Below, in pieces: positions 26,512-36,825 of a DNA stretch of 64,000 nucleotides. The number at the start of each line of letters is the position of its first letter. Within the stretch, counting starts at the first letter, position 1. This stretch comes from a bacterium (lineage in GTDB: Bacteria > UBA8248), in NCBI GenBank assembly GCA_965242545.1, contig OZ251456.1, positions 2,947,093 through 3,011,092 of the forward strand, read 5' to 3'. The translations under genes and the position numbers were made by a program. The notes under the pieces were generated by a model. The model did not search any database. It saw only the letters and a list, made by a program, of their open reading frames with translations, and had not been told where the DNA came from.

Positions 26512-28155
26512 TCAATTCTCCTCGGCCAGCTTCGGGGGCTGGACGGAGCGGTTCACGTAGAACTGCTGGGCGATGGAGAGCAGGTTGTTCACCAGCCAGT
26601 ATATCACCAGGCCCACCGGAACGGGATAGAAGACGAACATGCCCGTGAAGATGACGGGCATGAACATCATCATCTTCGCCTGGGTGGGATCGCCCGCGGT
26701 GGGGGTCATCTTCTGCTGCAGGAACATCGACGCGCCCATGAGCACCGTATAGACGTGGTAGGGGTCCTGCGCCGAAAGGTCGGTCACCCAGCCGAAAAAG
26801 GGCGCGTCGCGCAACTCTATTGACACCAGAAGCGCCTCATACAGCCCGAAGAAGACGGGAATCTGTATCAGCATGGGCAGGCAGCCCATCATCGGGTTGA
26901 CCTTGTGCTCCTTGTAGAGACCCATGGTCTGCTCGTTCAGCCTGGTCTTGTCGTCCTTGTAGATCTCCCGAAGCTGCGCGATGCGCGGCTGGAGTTTCTG
27001 CATCTCCTTCATGTTGCGCATGCTGACGTGGGTGAGGGGATAGAAGACGATCTTCACCAGGATGGTCAGCAGGATGATGGCCACGCCCCAGTTGCCCGCC
27101 ACGGCGTGAAGGGCGCGCAGAATCGACATGAGCGGCTTGGCGATGAAGGCGAACATCCCGTAGTCCAGGGAATCCTCCAGGCCGACGCCGAGCGCTTCGA
27201 GATGCTCCACCGCCTTGGGCCCCACGTAGACGTCGAACGCCGCCTCGACGCTCCCTCCCCGCGAGAGCGGGACGATGGCGGCGTACTCGCTGAGGGTCTC
27301 CGTCTTGCCGAGCAGGCGAACCTCCGCGCCGCCCGCGCCGCTTCGGGGGATGAGCGCCGCGATGAAGTGCTTCGATTGCAGCGAGGTCCACTTGAGGCCC
27401 TCGCCGTGGGTGATCGCCTTCCCTTCCTCGGGATAGTCGTATTCGATCTCCTCGCCCACGAAGCTCATCGGCCCCTCGATGACGCCGCCGTAGGTGTTGC
27501 CGTCGCTCCCGCCCACGCGCGGGCCCCAGACGAGGCCGATGGTCTCTTTCCCGGAGGGGAGGGAAACCCGTATCCCGGCGCGAACGTTGAAGCTGTTGTG
27601 GCGAAAGGTGAGCGCCTTCTCCGCCGAGAGGCCGTCGGCGCCCCGGTAAAGGAAGCGGACCGTCCCCTCGGGGTTCGCCTCCGAAAGCGACAGGTCGCCG
27701 CCCTCGACCTGATAGACCGCCTCGTTCAGCCGCTGCGCCGTCTTTCCGCCCCAGAAGAAGAGCGGCCGCACGTCCGGGCGGCCTCCGGGCGCGAGCTCGA
27801 CGAAGCTCTTGTCTCCCTGCCTGTATTTCAGAAGACGAGCGGACAGAAAGCCGGCGCCCCGGCTCGTCAGATCATACACCGCGTCGCCCACGTCCACGCG
27901 AACGCGCCGCTGCGGCGCGGGAGCAGAGGGCGCGGAGGCGGCGGGAAAAGCCTCGGTCGCCGGCGGGAGGGCGGAGGGCGGCGACTTCAGGGGCGCGCTC
28001 GCGGCGCTCGTTCCCCCCGCGCTTCGCGCCGCGCGCGCCTTGGCCGCCCGCTGCTTTCGCGTCTGCTCCTCCTCCATCGGCCGCACGACGAGGTATTGCC
28101 AGCCGATCAATATCGCCATCGACAGGACGGCGGCGAGAATCGCGTTTTTTTCCAT
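26512..28155 (-). CDS. yidC: Membrane protein insertase YidC
   Basis: N-terminal transmembrane helix, large periplasmic domain, and the conserved C-terminal five-helix core (…GCLPMLIQIPVFFGLY…). Confidence 0.9.
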   Translation of the reverse strand: MEKNAILAAVLSMAILIGWQYLVVRPMEEEQTRKQRAAKARAARSAGGTSAASAPLKSPPSALPPATEAFPAASAPSAPAPQRRVRVDVGDAVYDLTSRGAGFLSARLLKYRQGDKSFVELAPGGRPDVRPLFFWGGKTAQRLNEAVYQVEGGDLSLSEANPEGTVRFLYRGADGLSAEKALTFRHNSFNVRAGIRVSLPSGKETIGLVWGPRVGGSDGNTYGGVIEGPMSFVGEEIEYDYPEEGKAITHGEGLKWTSLQSKHFIAALIPRSGAGGAEVRLLGKTETLSEYAAIVPLSRGGSVEAAFDVYVGPKAVEHLEALGVGLEDSLDYGMFAFIAKPLMSILRALHAVAGNWGVAIILLTILVKIVFYPLTHVSMRNMKEMQKLQPRIAQLREIYKDDKTRLNEQTMGLYKEHKVNPMMGCLPMLIQIPVFFGLYEALLVSIELRDAPFFGWVTDLSAQDPYHVYTVLMGASMFLQQKMTPTAGDPTQAKMMMFMPVIFTGMFVFYPVPVGLVIYWLVNNLLSIAQQFYVNRSVQPPKLAEEN

Positions 28156-28182
28156 CTGGGGGGCGCCTCCGCCGGATTCTGA

Positions 28183-28467
28183 TCAGGGAACCGGATCGTT
28201 CCCTCCTGGATGAAATGGATGGCAGCGTCCTATCCGGCGGACGGTGAGCCATAAAGCCCGCATGGGCGCGTGCCGGCGAAAGGCCTCGAGCGCATAGCGG
28301 GAACAGGAGGGCGAAAAACGGCAACTGCCCGGCATCAGGGGGGACAAAACGAACTGATAGCCCCGAACCAGGATGATCGCCGCCGTGGTCGCCGCCCGGG
28401 AGACGGGACCGACCTCTTTCTTACGGCGCCGCTTTTTCACGGAAAGCGTCGCGGAACGCCCCTTCAA
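28183..28467 (-). CDS. yidD: Membrane protein insertion efficiency factor YidD
   Basis: 'RGYQFVLSPLMPGSCRFSPSCSRYALEAF..HG' hallmark. Overlaps the 3' end of rnpA; the true start is probably internal. Confidence 0.7.
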   Translation of the reverse strand: MKGRSATLSVKKRRRKKEVGPVSRAATTAAIILVRGYQFVLSPLMPGSCRFSPSCSRYALEAFRRHAPMRALWLTVRRIGRCHPFHPGGNDPVP

Positions 28468-28768
28468 TATCCTCTAGCCTCGCTTTCGCCATCGAACCTC
28501 TCGCAACGGCCACAAGGTCAGCGCCCGGGGGGAGATGCGCGGCGCGGCGGCGGAACGCCTCCCGCAGAAGCCGCTTGGCGCGATTCCTCGCAACGGCTCC
28601 CCCCACCCGACGCGACGCGATGACGCCAAGCCGTGCGCACCCCCCCGAGGAGACGGGCAGGACGTGGAGCGTGAAGTGCGGGAACCTGCGCCTGCGCCCC
28701 CGCCTCAGGACGGCGGCGAACTCGCGCCCCTTGCGAATCCGGCGCCCCGGCGGGAAGCCCTCGCTCAT
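28421..28768 (-). CDS. rnpA: Ribonuclease P protein component
   Basis: Basic ~115-aa protein with 'RLGVIASRRVGGAVARNRAKRLLREAFR' (RNR motif region). Follows rpmH. Confidence 0.8.
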   Translation of the reverse strand: MSEGFPPGRRIRKGREFAAVLRRGRRRRFPHFTLHVLPVSSGGCARLGVIASRRVGGAVARNRAKRLLREAFRRRAAHLPPGADLVAVARGSMAKARLEDIEGAFRDAFREKAAP

Positions 28769-28802
28769 GTCCGCCTCCTCCCGGGCGAGGACGACGGGCC
28801 GC

Positions 28803-28943
28803 CTAGACGGAGACGCCGAGCCGCTTTCGGCCCTTGGCCCGGCGGCGCCTGATGATCGCGCGCCCCCCGGTGGTCTTCATCCGCTGACGGAAGCCGTGCG
28901 TCTTCGCCCGCTTTCTTCTGTTCGGCTGATAAGTCCGTTTCAC
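28803..28943 (-). CDS. rpmH: 50S ribosomal protein L34
   Basis: Translates to [46 protein letters not shown] from a GTG start; an in-frame ATG five codons upstream at 28956 is the alternative. Not in the ORF track because it is under 60 aa. Confidence 0.8.
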   Translation of the reverse strand: MKRTYQPNRRKRAKTHGFRQRMKTTGGRAIIRRRRAKGRKRLGVSV

Positions 28944-28959
28944 GAAACGCTCCATGTCC

Positions 28960-29265
28960 CGGCGTCAAGGCCGATTCCTTCGTTTCACGAAGGCGCGCCT
29001 GTCAAGAACCGGGCGTAAGGTAGCCGCCAAAGCTCCGATTGTCAAGAACCCCCCGCCGCGCCGGAAGCCGCTCATCCTGAAAAAATCACGGCGGCGCCTT
29101 CTTTTCGCCCGCCGCCTCCGCCGAGGAGCCGGCGTTTTTGTTCGCAATCAACAAAAATTTCGGAAAACGCCTCTTTTTTCGTGAAAGGCGCTTGCCTTGA
29201 AGGTCGTTTTGTGGAAAACTCCCTTCTTTCATCAGATTCGCGTCTCGCCCTTGTGGAAAAACGAT
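28960..29265. promoter_or_regulatory. Candidate oriC / dnaA promoter region with DnaA-box-like repeats
   Basis: Two 'TGTGGAAAA' sites (reverse complement TTTTCCACA, one mismatch from TTATCCACA) at ~29210 and ~29253. Two 'TGTCAAGAACC' sites at ~29000 and ~29040. Inverted 'TTTCACGAA/TTCGTGAAA' pair. Classic rpmH-dnaA intergenic location. Confidence 0.35.
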
Positions 29266-29326
29266 GGCCGTCGCATGGACCGAGGACGCCTCGCCACGCA
29301 ATGGCCTTTGCCCATCGGTTCACGCC

Positions 29327-30658
29327 ATGACGAGTCTCTGGCTTCGCTGCGCGGAAAAAATCCAAGAAGAGGTCTCCGCGAAAACGTTTGATCGCTGGTT
29401 CGCCGGGCTCAGGGAGACGGACGCGAACGAGTCCTCCCTAACGCTCCAGGCGCCCAATTCGTTCACGGCGGGCACCCTGCGCTCGCGGTATTGGGGCATT
29501 CTCATCGACATCCTCAAGCAGGAAGCCGGGCCGGGCGTGTCGCTCATCCTCTCCTCGAACAACGAGGAAAACGGCGCGGGCGCGCCGGACACGGCCGAAG
29601 AGGCTCCGCCGGAGAGCCGCCGCGCGCCCGGACGCCCCGACTTTCTGAATCCCAAATACCATTTCGGGAATTTCGTGGTGGGCGCGTCGAACGAGTTCGC
29701 CCACGCCTGCGCCACCCGCGTGGCGGACGGCATCGAAGCCACGTTCAACCCGCTATTCATCTACGGCGGCGTGGGGCTGGGAAAAACCCATCTCCTGCAC
29801 GCCATCGCCCAGCGGATTCTCGACCGGCGCCCCGAGGCGCACGTCTTCTACACCTCGGCGGAGAACTTCATCAACGATCTCATCGCCTCGATCAGGCGAA
29901 ACCGCATGGCCGCGTTCAGAAACAAATACAGAAAAGCGGACGCGCTGATGGTAGACGACGTCCAGTTCATCGCGGGCAAGGAGCGCACCCAGGAGGAGTT
30001 CTTCTTCACCTTCAACGCCCTCCACGAGGGGAGAAAGCAGATCATCATCACGAGCGACAAAATGCCGAAGGACACGCCGGGACTGGAGGAGCGCCTTCAG
30101 GCGCGCTTCGTATGGGGGATGATGGCGGACATCGGCGCGCCCGACTTCGAGACCAAGGTGGCCATCCTGCAAAAGAAAGCAGGCGAGCGGGGGTTTTTCT
30201 TGTCCCGGGAAGTCGCCCACTACATCGCCGAGAAGGTTCGCTCCAACATCAGGGAGCTCGAAGGCTGCCTCATCAAACTCATCTTTCACGCCTCCCTGTA
30301 CAACATCGATATCGATCTGCCCGTCGCGCAGGAGGTTCTGCGGGGCATCATCCGGGACCCCGCACGCAACTCGACGGTGGACAACATCCAGAGAATCGTC
30401 GCCGCCCATTTTCAAATCCGCGTCGCCGACATCAAATCGAAAAACCGCTCGCGCTGCTTCGCCACCCCCCGGCAAATCGCCATGTATCTTTCGAGAAAAC
30501 TCACGACCGCCTCGACCACGGACATCGGACGGCGCTTCGGCGGCAAGGATCATTCCACGGTGATTCACTCCACCAACAAGATCGAGGAACTGGTCAAGAC
30601 GGACCAGGCCACCTCGGACGCCATTCAGGCGATTCGCCAGAAGATAGAACTCTCCTGA
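29327..30658 (+). CDS. dnaA: Chromosomal replication initiator DnaA
   Basis: AAA+ Walker A 'GGVGLGKTHLLHAI', Walker B 'LMVDDVQF', C-terminal DNA-binding domain. Start at 'MTSLWLRCAEKIQEE' (29327). Confidence 0.9.
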   Translation: MTSLWLRCAEKIQEEVSAKTFDRWFAGLRETDANESSLTLQAPNSFTAGTLRSRYWGILIDILKQEAGPGVSLILSSNNEENGAGAPDTAEEAPPESRRAPGRPDFLNPKYHFGNFVVGASNEFAHACATRVADGIEATFNPLFIYGGVGLGKTHLLHAIAQRILDRRPEAHVFYTSAENFINDLIASIRRNRMAAFRNKYRKADALMVDDVQFIAGKERTQEEFFFTFNALHEGRKQIIITSDKMPKDTPGLEERLQARFVWGMMADIGAPDFETKVAILQKKAGERGFFLSREVAHYIAEKVRSNIRELEGCLIKLIFHASLYNIDIDLPVAQEVLRGIIRDPARNSTVDNIQRIVAAHFQIRVADIKSKNRSRCFATPRQIAMYLSRKLTTASTTDIGRRFGGKDHSTVIHSTNKIEELVKTDQATSDAIQAIRQKIELS

Positions 30659-31026
30659 AAAGAAAAGATCAAGGGCAAAAACGGGCGGAATAAAGCAAAA
30701 TCCTCTCGTCCGGGAGCGGAAAAACCGCCCAGAGGGCGCGAGAGCGCAAAAAACGCCCCAGCGACCGCCCAAACGCCGGGGCGGCCCGCGCCACACACAA
30801 TGCGGCGCAAACCGGAAAATCCGGGGCGCGCGCCGAAAAACGGCGCGCAGAGAAGCCCATGGTGAGCCGTTCTCGGTCGAGAGCGACTCCCAAATCATGG
30901 AAAATCCAGGCAAACGAGCGAAGCGTTTATGAAGGGCTGTCGCAAGGGCGGGCGTTCATGAGCCGCATGATATTTTGCGCGTCCGTTGCTTTGGAGGGGG
31001 GGCATGGTAGTACTGCTTTCGCCTGA

Positions 31027-31132
31027 GGCAATGGCGGGAGGCCAGCCATGAGACTCAAAACCATGAAGTTCAAGATTCTCGCGATCTCCGTTTTCGCCGC
31101 CCTCGTCGCGGCGTCGCCCCTCGCCGCGCCCG
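31027..31132 (+). repeat. Displaced copy of the proX promoter-proximal region, ribosome-binding site and signal peptide
   Basis: ~105 bp nearly identical to the 5' end of proX copy 1 (reverse complement of ~20380-20425 plus the signal-peptide codons): '...GCCAGCCATGAGACTCAAAACCATGAAGTTCAAGATTCTCGCGATCTCC...'. Encodes MRLKTMKFKILAISVFAALVAASPLAAP, then diverges exactly at the signal-peptidase site. Confidence 0.6.
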
Positions 31133-31162
31133 CGCATTCGGAGTCTCCCGCTCCGAGAGCTG

Positions 31163-32242
31163 TTGACCACCAGAGGTTTCCTCCTCCTTCCCAGCGGTTT
31201 TATCCTCCTCTTCCCGGCTGGTTTGTTCCCCTCCCTGAGCAGCGCAGGCGTCGGCAGGTGGGGGCCTGCATCAAGACCTATTGCCTTTCCTCGCTCTTTT
31301 CTCCGCATGGCGGTTGTTCCCCTGCTCTTTGCGCACAGTGTTGCGAGGCTTTTTACCGATCTCCCGATTCGCCTATGGTTTCTCATTGCCGCTCTGTTCG
31401 GTGTCCTCTCCCTCTCGGCTCTTGGGCCTCTCATAATACTTACTCACTGCCAAGCGATTTTTCGCCGACCAAAAGACTCGCTCAGAGATTACGGGCTTGG
31501 TCTCAGGCGGGCATTCGAGTTGATGAAGCAGGGAGTTGCAATTGAACGAATCAACACGGGTGAAGAGGCTGTGGTGAGCAACCGTACCCGCGAGGAAGTG
31601 GAGGGAGGAACGATGAGCGAAAATCAAAAGTGGTACGGAAAGACCATCATAGAAACCATAAACGGAAGAGAATTCATCGACAGGAGGATTTTACCGGGGA
31701 CCTTCGAGGATTCATACCAAGTAGTGAAAGACGTCGGGACGACACAAGAAGAAATAATCGGAAGCGTCCTGATGTCCTCGTCAGGATGGAGATACATGGC
31801 AGACGAAATAGAACGGAAATACGTGATCAAAAAACTCAGGGAATATCGCGCCGCGAAAATACCGGCCAGAAGATACCTCAACGAACTGAAACGAGAAGTC
31901 GGGCAAGGAAACATCACCCTGGAAAAAGCGGAGAAACTAGCCACAAAATACTTGGCGGATCGCGATCAGTACCCGAAAAGACTAGTCGAAAGATGCCTTG
32001 CGGAACTGGTACGAAAATCCTATATAAGGGGAGGCATCACCCTGGAAATAACAACGGAAGTGGCCAAAAAATACCATATCGACAAGACCTATGAGGAACT
32101 GTGCGCAAATTACCTTGCCAAAAACCCAGCAAATTCCCTTGTCAAAATAGAAATCCCGGAAGAAGAAATATCGTGGACGGGATGCCTTGCGATCATCGGA
32201 ATAATAACTCTTTCGATCTTAGTGCAAACGTGTGGAGCATGA
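31163..32242 (+). CDS. Hypothetical membrane protein in the low-GC insert (start uncertain)
   Basis: The 3' ~700 nt are clearly lower GC (~48%) with AT-rich codon usage, in contrast to the surroundings. N-terminal transmembrane helices, a C-terminal transmembrane helix 'GCLAIIGIITLSILV', and a long helical K/E-rich middle. Possible starts at 31163, 31307 (MAVVPLL) or 31612 (MSENQKW). Confidence 0.45.
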   Translation: MTTRGFLLLPSGFILLFPAGLFPSLSSAGVGRWGPASRPIAFPRSFLRMAVVPLLFAHSVARLFTDLPIRLWFLIAALFGVLSLSALGPLIILTHCQAIFRRPKDSLRDYGLGLRRAFELMKQGVAIERINTGEEAVVSNRTREEVEGGTMSENQKWYGKTIIETINGREFIDRRILPGTFEDSYQVVKDVGTTQEEIIGSVLMSSSGWRYMADEIERKYVIKKLREYRAAKIPARRYLNELKREVGQGNITLEKAEKLATKYLADRDQYPKRLVERCLAELVRKSYIRGGITLEITTEVAKKYHIDKTYEELCANYLAKNPANSLVKIEIPEEEISWTGCLAIIGIITLSILVQTCGA

Positions 32243-32586
32243 GCGGCGGGAGCAAAGGAATCCGCAGACTACAAATCTACGAGGATGAGGGCGCATGGCG
32301 CATCATGCATTGGAGATTTGAAACCGGAGACTGGCACCACGAGGGCCCGTTTGAAACCGTCTATCAGGCAACGGACAAGGCGGCGGAAGTGGCCGGCAAA
32401 AGCGTAGGGCGCGAACTGGCGGAACTGGCTACGATCGTAACAATCGCCATGATGGCCGCCCGGGCGCTGAATGAGGAAGGATGGAGCATCACGCGCTCCG
32501 GGCTGGGATATAGCACAACCACAAAATCAAAGCCGAAAGGCGAACCGCGAAACGGCTCCGAAAGCGCAGAAGCAAGAGCGCGATAG
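32239..32586 (+). CDS. Hypothetical small protein (115 aa), translationally coupled to the upstream gene
   Basis: ATGA start/stop overlap with the 31163..32242 gene. Starts 'MSGGSKGIRRLQIYEDEGAWRIMHWRFETGDWHHEGPFE...'. The track ORF starts 46 codons earlier in the overlap. Confidence 0.4.
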   Translation: MSGGSKGIRRLQIYEDEGAWRIMHWRFETGDWHHEGPFETVYQATDKAAEVAGKSVGRELAELATIVTIAMMAARALNEEGWSITRSGLGYSTTTKSKPKGEPRNGSESAEARAR

Positions 32587-33004
32587 CGCACAGACTGGCG
32601 GTCGAAACCAAAGAGAATCCGATCATAAAGCGGCTCATCCGCAAGGGCGGAAACCCGCGAGACATCGGGAGAATCTACGGCGCGTCTCAATACGCCGTCC
32701 TGAAACGGACGGCGAGGGTAAAAAACGGGAATCAACCGTTGCGATTCTCACCTGCCTACAAAGATCGCGAAGGTTGTGGAAAGGGTTGTGAAAAAGGATG
32801 TTAGAATCCCATGGCTCCATCCCGCTCCACGTAAAAACGATCGGCGAAATGCGCTTATCCACACATGAGATCACGCCCCGTCTCTCGGGAAAGGCGCATT
32901 TTTTCAAACTTTCGGGCGGTTTTTCACAAATTCACCGACCCTGCTACTACTGCTTTTCAAATGTTGAATCAGAATTCAGAAGCAACAGCTCCTGAGAATA
33001 TCCC

Positions 33005-34120
33005 TTGCGCCTCACCGCACTGACCCTCAGAAATTTCAGGAACTATCGGGAACTCGAATTTCGGCCGCATGAGAGTTTCAACTACATTTTCGGAAGCAAC
33101 GGAGCAGGCAAGACGAATCTGCTGGAGGCGATTTACTATATCTCCCATCTTCGCTCCTTCCGTCGGATTTCAAGGGAAAAAATGGCCCTGCATGGGGGAG
33201 AGGGAGTCTACGTGTCCGGCGCGTTCCGGCGCGACGGAGATGGAGGGGAGACGAAACTGGAGGCCGCGTTCCGGGGACGCGAGAGGAAATACAAGAAAGA
33301 CGGGCGCGAGGTGAGGAGTTTGATGCCTTACCTCGAGAGTTCGCACGTCGTCGTGTTCTTTCCGGAGACGACCGGCGTCATCAAGGAGGGACCGGGGCCG
33401 AGAAGACATTTTTTCGACGGGGCGATAGCGGCGGTCGAGCCCGGGCACATGGAGGATTCCAGGCGGTATGCGAAACTGCTCTCCGAGCGGAATTACTTTT
33501 TGAGGAACGGTGGCGAATCTGCTACAATTCAGGTTTGGGGAGAGCAGTTGATCAAGATCGCCGCCCGCATCATCGCCCGCAGGAAATCGTATGTAAAATC
33601 GCTGACGAACCGATTGAATCGCCTGGAGTCCCTGTTCGGGGAAACCCGAAGCTCCAGGGCGTCGGTGTCTTACGAAACGGGAGACTTTGCGGGCGAAGCC
33701 GGGGAGGCGCGGGAGGACATAGAGCAAGGCCTCTCTGAAACTGCTCAAAGATTGATGAAGGAGGAGAGGGCGAGGAAGAAGACGCTCTGGGGTCCGCAGC
33801 TGGATGATTTCAGGCTGTCCTGGGACGGGCGGCGAGCGCGGGACGTCGCCTCCCAGGGGGAGCAGCGCCTGATAACGATACTGCTGGTGGCGGCGAACGC
33901 CGAGGAGTACAGCGGCAGGAGGGGAGAGAGCCCGGTCGTGCTTCTCGATGACCTGGGCTCCGAACTGGACGCGGTCAGAAGGAAGCGGGTGCTGCTGTTC
34001 TTGAGCTCCCTGGGAGCGCAGACGTTCATTACGTCGGCCGAGGAATCCGCGTTGCGCGAGAGCGGCGTCGAGGGAAAAGATTTTCTGGTTCGAGACGGAA
34101 GAGTTGAAAGCGTAGGGTGA
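33005..34120 (+). CDS. recF: DNA replication and repair protein RecF
   Basis: Walker A 'GSNGAGKTNLLEAI', signature and Walker B/D-loop 'VVLLDDLGSELD'. Apparent TTG start. Confidence 0.85.
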   Translation: MRLTALTLRNFRNYRELEFRPHESFNYIFGSNGAGKTNLLEAIYYISHLRSFRRISREKMALHGGEGVYVSGAFRRDGDGGETKLEAAFRGRERKYKKDGREVRSLMPYLESSHVVVFFPETTGVIKEGPGPRRHFFDGAIAAVEPGHMEDSRRYAKLLSERNYFLRNGGESATIQVWGEQLIKIAARIIARRKSYVKSLTNRLNRLESLFGETRSSRASVSYETGDFAGEAGEAREDIEQGLSETAQRLMKEERARKKTLWGPQLDDFRLSWDGRRARDVASQGEQRLITILLVAANAEEYSGRRGESPVVLLDDLGSELDAVRRKRVLLFLSSLGAQTFITSAEESALRESGVEGKDFLVRDGRVESVG

Positions 34121-34155
34121 ACATACTCCGGCCCGGAGAGGCGACAGGCTCGTAA

Positions 34156-36618
<2,463 letters not shown>

Positions 36619-36825
36619 CGGCCCCGCCCCCGGGCGAGCGGCGGCGCGGCCCGGAGCTTCTCCCGGGGCCCGATCTGAGGCCGCCGCCCGAGAGACATCG
36701 CAATGATGGGCGTTTTCATGGTATAGAAGGTTGGTTTCGCCCGCCCGCTTCATCTAGCCCCGTTCGGAGTTTCGAGTTTTGGGACGGCCGCCCCTTCGCG
36801 CCGTCGCCGGGAGAGTTTCGAGAGA

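Noticed and set aside
31048-31545. 165-aa ORF beginning with the proX-derived signal peptide as a genuine secreted Cys/Pro-rich protein
   Set aside because: Not called as a CDS. After the signal peptide the sequence is low-complexity and overlaps the better-supported 359-aa frame. It may be a chimeric by-product of the transplanted proX 5' end. Kept as a finding instead.
32855-32863. Perfect DnaA box TTATCCACA as evidence of an origin inside the low-GC insert
   Set aside because: It is a single isolated box with no cluster or adjacent DNA-unwinding element. It is mentioned within the dnaN-replacement finding but not called as oriC.
30659-33004. Search for a dnaN (beta-clamp) gene or pseudogene between dnaA and recF
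   Set aside because: No frame on either strand shows beta-clamp-like sequence (for example the MKFTVERE-type N-terminus or the three-domain repeat). Absence is reported as a finding rather than as a feature.
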